Of a stretch of DNA of 64,000 nucleotides, positions 8,931-19,395 are shown piece by piece. The DNA is taken from assembly GCA_965242925.1 (NCBI GenBank), contig CBDEUM010000039.1, positions 1 to 64,000 on the forward strand, read 5' to 3'. Made by a program: the position numbers and the translations under genes. Every line of letters starts with the position of its first letter. Position 1 is the first letter of the stretch. This DNA is from Roseibacillus sp. Its GTDB lineage: Bacteria; Verrucomicrobiota; Verrucomicrobiia; Verrucomicrobiales; Akkermansiaceae. The notes under the pieces are model-generated. The model saw only the letters and a list, made by a program, of their open reading frames with translations. It made no database searches and had not been told where the DNA came from.

Positions 8931-10097
8931 CTAGCGCTCCCCCTGCCCCTGCTTCTCCATGACCCAGGCGAGGTTGAATCGCGCCATCCAGTCCTTGTTG
9001 GAGAGGAGGTAGATGAACCCCTCACTGGGCGTACCCTTCCGGCCCACCGCCAGCCAAGTGTAATTGCCCGGACCTTCCCTGACCAGTCGCTGGACGGGCC
9101 AGTGCTCACCCCCGTCGAAACTGAGACGGACCGTGATATCATCCCGTCTGTCTTTCCGACCGGGCGAACTGAAGAGCAGGATGTCGCGGCCCTCAAGGGT
9201 GAGCCGTGCAAGGGCTCCCTTGCACCCGTAGACATCGGGTGGACCATCAAAGAGTTCATCGTCCTCCCGTCCCTCCACCCAGCTTTCTCCGCCGTCGAGA
9301 CTTTTGCCCACCAGCTTGTTTCCAGGGCGCACGTGTGTCCGGGCGTTATAGTAGATCTGGCCGTCCTGCAATTCAAGGAGGCCCGGTTCCGAGCTACCAA
9401 GGAGCGGAAAAGGCTCACTCGGGGTCCAGGTCCTGCCCCCGTCATCGCTGTAGAGGGCATTGCTGTAGCGCTTGGCGAAGAACTTGCGCCCCTGTCCCTT
9501 GTTCAGGTAGGTCCGGCTGCCGCCCTCGTTCACAGCCCCCACGAAGACCTGGGAAGGCATCAGAAGCCGACCTTTCCTCTTACCGTGCCGGAGGGTAATC
9601 CCCGGGTCACAGCAATAGGTGGTCGCCAGCCACCCATTTCGATCGGGCCGGATCAAGGCTTTCTCGGTCTGCCACGTCTTTCCGTGGTTCCGGCTCCGAT
9701 AGAGGTTTCGACTCGGAGCCAGTCCCATCGCAAAAACCATGATCTCACCGGTGGTTTCGTCCACCGTGACATTCCCGAGCTCGCTCCATCCCACGTGTTC
9801 TCCCTTGTAACGTCCGTCGTCGGACATGTCGGCCCCGATCGGGACCCGCTCCCCCACCACGATCGGATCACTCCATGTCCTCCCCCCGTCCTCGCTGCGC
9901 TTCACCTCCACCCGCTTCCGAGCGCGCTCCTCCTTGAATACCAACACCGTCCCATCCATTGCCACCGCAAGGTGTCCCATCACCGGAACCTCTTCCTCCC
10001 ATATCTCATGAAAAGGTTTCTCATCCCCAGCCTGCACCGAAATTTCCAGCGTCCCTGCCGCGAGGAGCACGGAAACAACCTGCCATCCGCGGTTCAT
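8931..10097 (-). CDS. Sialidase-like BNR/Asp-box beta-propeller protein
   Basis: Signal peptide; Asp boxes SEDGGRTW, SRNHGKTW, SDDGGRTW, SLDGGESW, SFDGGEHW. Confidence 0.8.
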   Translation of the reverse strand: MNRGWQVVSVLLAAGTLEISVQAGDEKPFHEIWEEEVPVMGHLAVAMDGTVLVFKEERARKRVEVKRSEDGGRTWSDPIVVGERVPIGADMSDDGRYKGEHVGWSELGNVTVDETTGEIMVFAMGLAPSRNLYRSRNHGKTWQTEKALIRPDRNGWLATTYCCDPGITLRHGKRKGRLLMPSQVFVGAVNEGGSRTYLNKGQGRKFFAKRYSNALYSDDGGRTWTPSEPFPLLGSSEPGLLELQDGQIYYNARTHVRPGNKLVGKSLDGGESWVEGREDDELFDGPPDVYGCKGALARLTLEGRDILLFSSPGRKDRRDDITVRLSFDGGEHWPVQRLVREGPGNYTWLAVGRKGTPSEGFIYLLSNKDWMARFNLAWVMEKQGQGER

Positions 10098-10307
10098 GCC
10101 CCAACCGTGGAGAGATCCCCGGAAACTGACGAGCCGAAAGGAGGTAACTCGGTAGCATTGTCGGACTACTCACCCAGGCTCTGAAAGAGGATTTCCCGCT
10201 TATCCGATGAGCAGGAGTATGCGACAATCAAGAGTCGAGGACGACTTCCGGCACTCGCACGTCCCGGGAAACGGGAGAATCCCAAGAGACCAGAAGTAAT
10301 TTCACCA

Positions 10308-11690
10308 ATGAGCAAGCGCCGGTTCACAAGGCCAACCTCCCTCACCCGCCGGGATCTCCTTCGCGCCGGAGCGTTCGGCATGGGCCTGCCTGGCTACCTT
10401 TCCCTCTCACAGGCTGCCAATGCCATCGCGCCACCGGATACAAAGGGCTTCGGTAAGGCCCGCAACTGCATCGTTATCTTCGCCTGGGGTGGCCTGAGCC
10501 ACATCGATACTTTTGATCTCAAACCAGATGCGGGGAGTAACATCAAGAGCGCCTTCAGATCCATTCCCACAACCATCCCGGGCTACCACGTCTGTGAGCA
10601 CCTGCCCCTGCTCTCCAAGCAGGTCCATCGCATGACCCTGATCCGCAGCATGCACCACGATGCGCCCTCGCACCGTTCCGCTGCCTACTGGAACCTCACC
10701 GGTCATGCCCCCGCCAAACCGGACAAGAACTGGACCCGGACCCGCAAGGACTGGCCCAGTATCGGATCCATGGTGGCCCATGCCCGGCACGATCCGGAGA
10801 GCAAGCTCCCGGGCAACGTGGCCCTTCCTTACCCCATCTATGACGGCGGATGGGCCAACGGCCAACATGCAGGATTCCTCGGAATGAAGTATGACCCGGT
10901 CATCATGAAGCCCGACGAAGGTAAGCCTTACGATGGAAAGTCTCCGGTCTCCGGCCATCTCTCCTTTGACTTCATCGAGGGAGTGAATGAGAAACGCCTC
11001 GCAGACCGCAGGAAACTCCTGACCCAGCTTTCCGGCAGCGCCCAACCCACCGAACCTCTCGAACACTACCAGCAACGGGTCTTCGACATGCTTCTAGATG
11101 AAGAGACCCGGCGGGCGTTCAAGGTTGATGATGAGCCTGAGCGCCAGCATCGCCGCTACGGATCTCACGTCCTGGGACAGAGCCTGCTCACTGCCCGGCG
11201 GTTGACCGGGGCCGGGGTTCCTCTCGTCACCGTCTACGCCGCCGCGGGAGACCTGAACGGCAGCGCGGGAGCCCACTTCGACACTCACGCGGACGGCTAC
11301 AACCGCCTGAAAAAGCAGATGCTGCCGCCGCTCGACCAAGGCTTGTCCGCCCTGCTCGACGACCTGCACGAAAGCGGACGAATCGATGATACTCTCGTGG
11401 TGTTGCTCACCGAATTCGGACGTACTCCCAAGGTCAACGGATCGGGCGGCCGCGACCACTACCCCAAGGTCTACACCGTGGCCCTGGCCGGGGCCGGCGT
11501 GAGCGAGGGCCTCCTCTACGGCACCTCCGACCACAGCGGAGCCTTCCCCGCCAGCCAGGCCGCCACTCCTGCGGACTTGCACGCAAGTATCTTTCACGCC
11601 CTCGGCATTGCGCCGGATCGCCGGATCCACGACATTGAAGATCGGCCCCTTCCCATGTGCGATGGATCAGTCCTGCCGGTTTTCTCCTGA
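10308..11690 (+). CDS. DUF1501 family protein
   Basis: Twin-Arg-like TRRDLL; GGLSHIDTFDLKP, FDTH, EFGRTPKVN...GRDHYP, DLHASIFHALG. Confidence 0.9.
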   Translation: MSKRRFTRPTSLTRRDLLRAGAFGMGLPGYLSLSQAANAIAPPDTKGFGKARNCIVIFAWGGLSHIDTFDLKPDAGSNIKSAFRSIPTTIPGYHVCEHLPLLSKQVHRMTLIRSMHHDAPSHRSAAYWNLTGHAPAKPDKNWTRTRKDWPSIGSMVAHARHDPESKLPGNVALPYPIYDGGWANGQHAGFLGMKYDPVIMKPDEGKPYDGKSPVSGHLSFDFIEGVNEKRLADRRKLLTQLSGSAQPTEPLEHYQQRVFDMLLDEETRRAFKVDDEPERQHRRYGSHVLGQSLLTARRLTGAGVPLVTVYAAAGDLNGSAGAHFDTHADGYNRLKKQMLPPLDQGLSALLDDLHESGRIDDTLVVLLTEFGRTPKVNGSGGRDHYPKVYTVALAGAGVSEGLLYGTSDHSGAFPASQAATPADLHASIFHALGIAPDRRIHDIEDRPLPMCDGSVLPVFS

Positions 11691-11764
11691 ACGAACCTTT
11701 TCCTGTCCTGTTCCCGGGCCACCCGGGACTTGACGAAGGCCGCCCGGATTCGAACCCTTGTCTC

Positions 11765-12568
11765 ATGAAGAACATGATCCGTGCAGCCATCGCCCTGGCA
11801 GGAATACCCCTGGCTCCGCTGGGATCCTTCGCCGCCCAGCCAGAGGCTGGAAAGATGATCCCGATCTCTCCCAAGCACGACGACCTGGTCCCCTACTGGC
11901 TCTACTTGCCCAAGGAGCACGCGACGAATACGAGCAAGCTGCCAGTCGTTGTCTTCCTGCACGGCATGGGCGAACGGGGCAACAATCTCGACCGCGTGCT
12001 TGTGCACGGCCCCCCCAAGCTGATTGCAAAGGGAAAGCACTTTCCCTTTATCATGATCGCCCCGCAGTGTCCCAATGACGGCCGGAAGGGAAGGAACAGC
12101 GCCAAGTCGTTCTGGTGGCACCCCGAGGGCCCCATCGACAAGGTGAAGAACATCGTGGAGTTCGAAAAAAAACGCCTTGGCCGAATCGATGCCGACCGGA
12201 TCTATATCACCGGCCTGAGCATGGGTGGTTTCGGTACCTACCAGATCGTGAGCCACCATCCGGATTACTTCGCAGCGGCAGCCCCGATCTGTGGCCACGG
12301 AAATCGTATTGCGGACAAGGCCGCCCTCCAGAAGGCCTTCGCCAATCTCCCGGTCTGGGCCTTTCACGGAGATCGCGACAACGTGGTCCGTCTTGCGGAA
12401 CAACAACAGACCATCAAACTGCTCGAAGCGGGTGGCGCCACCATCAAATTCACGGTCTATCCGGGCGTCGGACACGATTCGTGGACCCGCACCTACAACA
12501 ATCCGGACTTCTACAAGTGGCTCCTATCCCACAAACGGGCTCCCAAGAAGGACCGAATTTCAAAGTGA
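11765..12568 (+). CDS. Secreted alpha/beta hydrolase (phospholipase/peptidase-like)
   Basis: LPVVVFLHGMGERG, GLSMGG nucleophile elbow, FHGDRD, GHDSW. Likely ATG at 11765. Confidence 0.85.
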   Translation: MKNMIRAAIALAGIPLAPLGSFAAQPEAGKMIPISPKHDDLVPYWLYLPKEHATNTSKLPVVVFLHGMGERGNNLDRVLVHGPPKLIAKGKHFPFIMIAPQCPNDGRKGRNSAKSFWWHPEGPIDKVKNIVEFEKKRLGRIDADRIYITGLSMGGFGTYQIVSHHPDYFAAAAPICGHGNRIADKAALQKAFANLPVWAFHGDRDNVVRLAEQQQTIKLLEAGGATIKFTVYPGVGHDSWTRTYNNPDFYKWLLSHKRAPKKDRISK

Positions 12569-12611
12569 CGGAAAGCCGGAACACCGGGATTCCCACCCCC
12601 CTTGCCCGCCA

Positions 12612-14408
12612 CTAGTCGACAACCTCAAGAACGAGGTTGCCTTCCTCCAAACTGATCTGTTGTTTGCCGGCGAGAACCCTCTTTCCCTCCACCACCAGCA
12701 CCGGAGGACTGGTCGTCGGAAAGTGGAAGGTGAGCGGAGTGCCGCGCAGGTTGACGGTGGTCCCCTCCGCTGGACCGGTCGTCACCAGCATCACGTCGGA
12801 TCCGCTCGCCCCGGTGAAATCGACCGCCAGGCAGCTACCATCCGCCATGGTAAGTGAACTGCATCGGCTCCCCGGGGAAACCCACCAGTGCCTCGGAGAT
12901 CCCGCCACTGCCTTACCCCATTGCAGGTGTTTGCCCATCGAATTCAGATAAATCGCCTGATCCGGTTCACTGAACAGGTAGCCTCCGAATCCTTCCGTGC
13001 GATCGAGGAGGACGGAAATCACGGTATCATTGTCGTCTTTCCACCGGTTGCGCCAGAGATAGTAGCCCCACTTTGAATCACGGTAGCAATGGGGCAGGAC
13101 GTGTACGGGATTTTTTGCTTCGGCTGCAGTCGGCCAGTTCACGAAAGCGCACACCGCGAGGTGCGGATACCAGCTTGCGGTATCACAGGGATGCCCTGCC
13201 TCCACATCGGCAGCAGCCAGGAAGCGATCATAATACCATTTCATGGCTGACCGGTCCCCTTCCCTGACGGCTCCGAATCCAATCGCGAAGTACCCGGCTC
13301 CACTCAGTCCCTGCCGGGACCAGACATTCTGCTGGTACTTGCCTCGAACCGGCCAGAAGTCGGGCTGTCCCTCCCGAACGATGGTCTGGTAAAGCCACTT
13401 GAGGCTGAGCATGCGCGCGTTGGGACGGGCCACGTTCATGAAGTCCCTGCCTGCGGCGTTCCGCCAGGCCTGCAGGGCCGGGAGAAAGGCGATCTGGGAG
13501 GACATCGATCCCGTGCCGTCACCTTCCGCAAAAAATCCTCCGTCACCGAATCCTTCGGTCAGGTTACGAATCATGCTCTTCTCCGAGGCGGCAAGGAGCC
13601 GGTCCACGCGCTGCTGGTCGACCCATTTCTCGCCGGAGATGGCAAGCAGGGCAAGGGACGCTCCACCCACCTGCATCCCGAAATGATTGCTGCCGGGCGG
13701 GGTCCCACGGTTCCGCCGGAAGTAGGGCCCGATATACCTTGTTCCCTTGGCAAGAACCTCCAGATCGGAAGTGATGCGCTCGCGCGGAGTGGAACTCGCC
13801 TCCGAGTAACTCTCAATGGCGCGGCCAAACTTCTCCCGGGTCGCCTCGTCCCAACCGCCGTAACAGAGATCGTAGCCCACCGCGTACCATCCCAGCGAGG
13901 GTCCGGCCCGCAAGGGTCCTCCCGGGGTGCGGAATCCGTAGCGCCCGTCCCGGTCCGGCACCCCCTCGAGAGCCTTTTCGAAACAAAGGCGTCCGAAATC
14001 AGCGTATTTCTGTTCGCCGGTCAGTTGATAGAGAAGTCCGTATCCAGCCGCATGTCCCAGGGTATAGACCCCTGGTTTGGTCAGATGCTTCTCCTGCCAG
14101 GTCTTGTCGACCTCCTTACCCGGTCGGAACACAGTCGTCATCGTCTCCCCGCTCCCACCGTCCAACAGGATACCCAGGCGTTTGAGGATGGCCCGGCCTT
14201 CCGGGGTCCCGGCCCTGGCCCGAAGGGCGGGAAGATCGCCCCGCCGGAAGAGAAGCCGGGGGTGCTCCCCTGACGCGGGAGCCACAAATCCTTCCACCGG
14301 GACGTGCCATGGGCGCTCGCCCGCGAACAGGGGTAATTCCAGGCCCGGCAATGTTGCCGCAATGGCAATCAGGATACGGATGCCACCCCTTTGCAGCGGA
14401 ATCGACAT
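12612..14408 (-). CDS. Secreted alpha-toroid protein, possible heparinase II/III-like polysaccharide lyase
   Basis: EHPRLLF N-terminus, YDLCY, SNH and DGGFFAEG motifs resemble alginate/heparinase-type lyases. Start uncertain. Confidence 0.5.
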   Translation of the reverse strand: MSIPLQRGGIRILIAIAATLPGLELPLFAGERPWHVPVEGFVAPASGEHPRLLFRRGDLPALRARAGTPEGRAILKRLGILLDGGSGETMTTVFRPGKEVDKTWQEKHLTKPGVYTLGHAAGYGLLYQLTGEQKYADFGRLCFEKALEGVPDRDGRYGFRTPGGPLRAGPSLGWYAVGYDLCYGGWDEATREKFGRAIESYSEASSTPRERITSDLEVLAKGTRYIGPYFRRNRGTPPGSNHFGMQVGGASLALLAISGEKWVDQQRVDRLLAASEKSMIRNLTEGFGDGGFFAEGDGTGSMSSQIAFLPALQAWRNAAGRDFMNVARPNARMLSLKWLYQTIVREGQPDFWPVRGKYQQNVWSRQGLSGAGYFAIGFGAVREGDRSAMKWYYDRFLAAADVEAGHPCDTASWYPHLAVCAFVNWPTAAEAKNPVHVLPHCYRDSKWGYYLWRNRWKDDNDTVISVLLDRTEGFGGYLFSEPDQAIYLNSMGKHLQWGKAVAGSPRHWWVSPGSRCSSLTMADGSCLAVDFTGASGSDVMLVTTGPAEGTTVNLRGTPLTFHFPTTSPPVLVVEGKRVLAGKQQISLEEGNLVLEVVD

Positions 14409-14470
14409 CCTGAAAAAACTGGGATGGTCAGATCGAAACAACATTCTATTCAGGCATTCTCGCGCCCCTT

Positions 14471-17400
14471 CTAGGGAAGCACCCGCCATTCCTGGATACC
14501 TGCGGAGATCCCGGATTGCAGATGGACCTCCAGTTTCAGGCTCTCCGTTTCGACGGGTTGAAACTTCACCTCGTTGAATCTGTCGGTTTCGAGTGGGTAA
14601 TCACCCAGGGCTTTCACGGGTTTCCATTCGTCCCCGTCCCGATAGAGGACGCGCCAGCTTTCAGGGACCTTGCGGTCGCCGCCGTTGGCAAACCAGTAGA
14701 TCTGTACCCCCGAGACTTTTCGCGGTTTCTCGAATTCATACTGCACCCACTCGGCCTCCTTGAGGTTGGGAATTTTCTCCCCTTGCCAATTGCCTCGGTT
14801 GGTCCACTCCCCACCCCTGGCATTGGACCAGGTGTAATGCGTCTTCGGTCGCTGGTGATCCGCAGGCAAAGCCGGTCTGGGCACTGCTGCAGGAGCAGGC
14901 GGCATGGCTGGCGGGGTCTCAGGGGTCAATCTCGGGGCGAAGACACTGAATTGCAACCTGGTCCCGACGAGATGGAAGGTGCCCTGGAAGACGCAACTCT
15001 TGTCCAACCGGAAATCGTTCGCGTCGACGTTGATGAAACTGGCCCCGGTCCAGTCGATCAGGTCGTAACTCCTGCCCGCTTTCATTCCGCCGGAGTCCTT
15101 GATCGAAACGACCACGCTCCGCTTCCCGCTGCCCTGGAAAGTGCCCCCGGTGACCTTGAGAAGATCCGACTTCTCTCCAACTTCGAAGGCCATCCTGGCC
15201 CCGTCGTTAAGCTTCAATCCATCCCGGAACGTCAGGGTGCCCACTCCGTCACCCGGGGCGATCTTCCCGCCGGAATTCACGACCACGAGAGCCGAGCTGC
15301 CACCGATCCCAATGGCTCCATCACCACTGAGCGTGCCTCCGTGATTCACCTGGACGGTCGATTTCGGGCTGACCCCGGAACCAGTCTTGTTGTTGACCAG
15401 GAGCACCCCGGCATTCACCACCGTGGGGGCACGATAAGCCCGGTTGTTGCGCAGGTCGGCCTTGTAATGCGGTGCGTTATCGGCGGTAAGTTCGGCCGTC
15501 CCCTCACCGTTCTTGATAATCCCGGCCCCGCGACACCAGGAAGTCGAACCCTGCACTTCCAGAACCAGACCACGGAAGGAGAGCCTGGCTCCTCTGGCAG
15601 TGTTCATGACAAAGTCGTAGGTTTCGGTTGGCGACCAGGCGGTCGTGGTCCAGGTCGATCCTTCGGACCAGAAATGTTCACCCCGTGACACGGTGACGGC
15701 CAGATCCCCGGTGCCATTCAGGTTACCGGCGAACGTGTAACTGTGGGGTGAATCAACGAACATCCCGCTGACCGAATTGCGGGCCTCTGACTGGTCATCA
15801 TCCCCACGATGGTCACCGGCCCCTTGAGAATGTCGGGAAAGGTCACGATTGCCTCGTCGCTGGCCTTGCGGACATTCTCCCACGACATCACGGGGACGCT
15901 GGTATCGCCTGATGAACCGGGGAGCAGGTCATCACACAGGGCCTTGACCGTATAGGGATAGGACAGATGAGAAGCGCTGGGATTGTAGGGGCGCGACTTG
16001 AGAGGTCTCAGGTATGGCACCTGTTCGCCCTCGTTGCTGGCCACGTAGGAGGGAACCTGCTCGGGCTTCCCGCGCAGCGCGGCTTCCAGGGTGAGAAGGG
16101 CCAGCGGTTCGGCCGAACACAGGTTGGCAGTACGGTGCAGTTCACTTGACGTGAAGAGCGCCTGCTCCGGCCGGAAGTGCTTCCCGAAGGCATTATTCGC
16201 GATGGTCCGGCCCAGATCCAAATAGCCCCGGTTGCCAGTGGCACGAAAGATCTCCACCAGGGGAAAGATGAGAAGGGAGTTTGACTGGGTCGTCCCGAGG
16301 TTGAGCTGGGGTGACTTGCCTCCCCCTTCCCCGATGTCCCCCAAATCATTTCCCCGGCACATCGCCCGCAGGGTCTCCCATATTCCGCCGTCCCCGCTCT
16401 GGCGGTAGCAGATGGCGTAAGCAAGGATATTGGTCGGGGTCGGCGACCAGGGCTTCCATGAGGATTTGACAATCTCACCCGACTTCGCATTTTTCTTCTC
16501 CCGCTCGGCAAGATCCGTTCCGTCAAAGAGCATGTTGCGCATCTGGTTGACCTCGGGCCGATAGCAATGCCTGGCATAAGCCTTGAGGTGCTTGAGCATC
16601 GTTTCACGATAGTAACGCCCCTTGGCCCCGAGCTCCTCCCCCAGTCGTAGCATGGCGATCCCCCCACTGTTCATGAGGCCGGCCGATCCCTCGGTAATCA
16701 GCGCATACTCGGGCAACGGCTCTTCTTCCGATCCGAAGGTCCGCAGCGAGGTATGGTGCCACGGAGGAAGACCCGTATCGGGGTGAACGCTCTCGGCGTA
16801 GCGCGCATAGAGGCGCTGGGCCCAGAAAAGCGGGCGATCGTCGTTATTGAGGCGTCCAAGCTGGGCCCCGGCATAGATGATGTCGGAGCCCGAATCAAAG
16901 AAGGTGAGGTTCCCCTGCACGATTCCCACCACCGGCTCGGTAATCGGCTGGCTCCAGACCGTCTCCTCATTCAACTCCTTCACGTAGCTGCCATGCCGGG
17001 TGAAGTTCATGAACCCCAGTCCTGGATGTGAGAGTCCCAGTGCGCCGTCAGCATCCGGCGGGTGGCAACGGGATCGGTCTCCCAGAAAATCGGATAGTAG
17101 GGGTAGTCGCGCTTCATTTCGTGCCCGCTCTTGCCGGCGGGCCAGTCATTACCGTCCCAGCGGTCCGTATTCAGGTTAACCCAGCGGTGATGGCCCATCT
17201 GGAGCAGTCCGTTCGGCACCCGGTAGTGCTCAAAGTAATAGTGCAGGCACTGCTTACAGGCCTCCCGGTAGCGGGAGGCCCCGGTGAGGTTGCTGATCCC
17301 GACAAGAAACCGCATGAGGTTTCCCTGGTAAGCGAGATTCGAGGAAATGACCGGCTGGAACGGTTGTTTCGACCTCGGCCCGGGCCCTCCCAGCCGATGG

Positions 17401-17630
17401 ATATACATCTTCTCCGGGGCCTTCAGGGTGTTGACTTCCAGGGCATCCACGAACAGCGGAGTGTGTTCTTCGCCGTAGGAATCGCGGCCGTGCACAAGAA
17501 TGGTTTCGGCGTACTGGACCAGGGCGTCCAACCTGTCTTTGTCGAGCGGTGGGGCGGGCGCAGCCCCCGCTTCGATCAGGAAACAGGCACACAGGAGGAA
17601 GGGGATTGGTTTCGGAAATGTTCTAGTCAT
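14471..17630 (-). pseudogene. PL2-family pectate lyase fused to autotransporter-associated beta-strand repeats and an F5/8C-like domain, split by two frameshifts (~17012-17017 and ~15802-15805)
   Basis: Three track ORFs join into ~1050 aa if one base is added at each junction. PL2 motifs HGRDSY..TPLFVD, SNLAYQGNLMR, QMGHH, HEMK, NFTRHG, LTFFDSGSD. Then IKNGEGTAEL/TVVNAGVLLVN/GGTLSGDG repeats and C-terminal EWVQYEF...QIYWF...GIQEW. May be intact in vivo (sequencing error). Confidence 0.75.
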
Positions 17631-17967
17631 TGGCTCAGGGTTCAAAGAGCGGACGGGAGATTCACCCCTTGGGGCATGCATTCAATTCCACTTTGAGAGA
17701 CGAGGCATCAATTGTTTTCCCTGCCAACCACCACAAAACGAGGATCACGAGGAATTCAAGATCACCCCTGAATCGGTCAATAACCCTGATCTCGATATCA
17801 TCAAATCGCAGGGGTTCATCCGGATGGAAATCCATCCGGCCACTTTCCGCAGGGCGAAAGTAATGAAAGGTGCGGACTTTGCCCATGTCTAGGTTCAGAT
17901 GAGGGTCTCCATGATAAGGCCAGATATGATTCTTCTTTGGCCGATTTCTCATCATATGTTCGGAATC

Positions 17968-19395
17968 CTATGCCAGAATCTCTTCGATCACTTTTCCTGC
18001 CACGTCGGTGAGGCGAAAGTCTCGCCCATTGAAGCGGTAGGTGAGTCGCTCATGATCAAGACCGCAAAGATGCAGGATGGTGGCGTGGAGATCGTTGAAA
18101 CTCTTGCGTTTCTCGACCGCCTTGTATCCGAACTCATCAGTCTCACCCACATGTAGCCCGCCCTTCACCCCGCCACCGGCGAACCACCATGTGAAGGCAT
18201 GGGGATTGTGGTCACGTCCGGTTCCGGAGCCCTGTGAATCCGAGGTGCGCCCGAATTCGCCTCCACAGACCACCAGGGTGGAATCCAGCAGGCCACGTTG
18301 CCTGAGATCGGCGAGAAGGGCGCCAATCCCCTGATCGGTTTCGAGAGCAAACCTGCGGTGATTGTCGGCTATATTGAGATGGCCGTCCCAGCTCTGCTCG
18401 TTACCGTTTCCCCCGCTGTAGATTTGCACGAAGCGCACCCCCGCTTCTACCAGCTTGCGCGCGATGAGGCATTGCTCCCCGAACTGCCGGGCTTCGCCGT
18501 GTTCCAATCCGTACATCCGTTTGATGAAGGCGGGTTCCTGCTCCACCGACATCACCTCGGGAGCCGCCATCTGCATCCGAAACGCCAGTTCCAGCGATTT
18601 GATGCGGGCATCCAGATCGGTCTGATCCGGATGCCGGCTGAAGTGACGGCGGTTAAAGTTTGCCGCGATCTCCAGAATCGAGCGCTGGCGGTTTCTCGTC
18701 ATGCCCTTCGCAAGCTGCAAGTTGTCGATGCGCGTCCCCCTGTTCCTGATACGAGTCCCCTGAAAGACGCCGGGCAGGAACCCACTACCCCAGTTCTGGG
18801 CGTGGTTCTTTGGCAGACCCCGGCCACGCGCATCTGTCATCGCGACAAAGGCGGGAAGGTTCTGATTGTCGGATCCGAGACCGTAGGCAAGCCAGGAACC
18901 CAGGCAGGGAAACCCCATGCGGCTGAGGCCCGTGTTCATCTCGAAAAGAGCCGGGCTATGATTGTTGGAACCTGAGAAGCAGGAGTGCACGAAAGACATG
19001 TCGTCGACGTGCTGGCACGTAAAGGGGAAGATCTCCGAGGCCCAGGTCCCACTCTGGCCGTGTTGCCTCCAGGAAAAGGGAGAAGCGAGAAGCTTTCCGC
19101 TGGTCTGGAAGAACCCCGTCCGCACGTCGGCTCCGTTCAGATCCTGACCGTGACGCTTCTGGAGTTCAGGCTTGTAGTCCCAGGTGTCGAGATGGCTGGG
19201 GCCGCCGTTGAGCACGATCCAGATCACATTTTTCGCTCCACCAAAATGACTGGAGCGCAACCCGAGAGGATTGGCAGGAGCGACTTCTTCAGCCTGCAGG
19301 GCATCGAACACGAGCGCACCGAAGCCCATTCCGGTGAGGCACAGGAAATCACCCCGGGAGAGTGGGGATCGGGTATCGAGAGCTCTATTCGACAT
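17968..19395 (-). CDS. DUF1501 family protein
   Basis: GGPSHLDTWDYKP, SWDGH, EFGRT...GRDHNP, DLHATILHLCGLDHERLTYRFNGRDFRLTDV. Confidence 0.92.
   Translation of the reverse strand: MSNRALDTRSPLSRGDFLCLTGMGFGALVFDALQAEEVAPANPLGLRSSHFGGAKNVIWIVLNGGPSHLDTWDYKPELQKRHGQDLNGADVRTGFFQTSGKLLASPFSWRQHGQSGTWASEIFPFTCQHVDDMSFVHSCFSGSNNHSPALFEMNTGLSRMGFPCLGSWLAYGLGSDNQNLPAFVAMTDARGRGLPKNHAQNWGSGFLPGVFQGTRIRNRGTRIDNLQLAKGMTRNRQRSILEIAANFNRRHFSRHPDQTDLDARIKSLELAFRMQMAAPEVMSVEQEPAFIKRMYGLEHGEARQFGEQCLIARKLVEAGVRFVQIYSGGNGNEQSWDGHLNIADNHRRFALETDQGIGALLADLRQRGLLDSTLVVCGGEFGRTSDSQGSGTGRDHNPHAFTWWFAGGGVKGGLHVGETDEFGYKAVEKRKSFNDLHATILHLCGLDHERLTYRFNGRDFRLTDVAGKVIEEILA

Noticed and set aside
17662..17955. 97-aa minus-strand ORF between DUF1501 and the PL2 gene
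   Set aside because: No recognisable motif; could be a remnant, but cannot be supported without a search.
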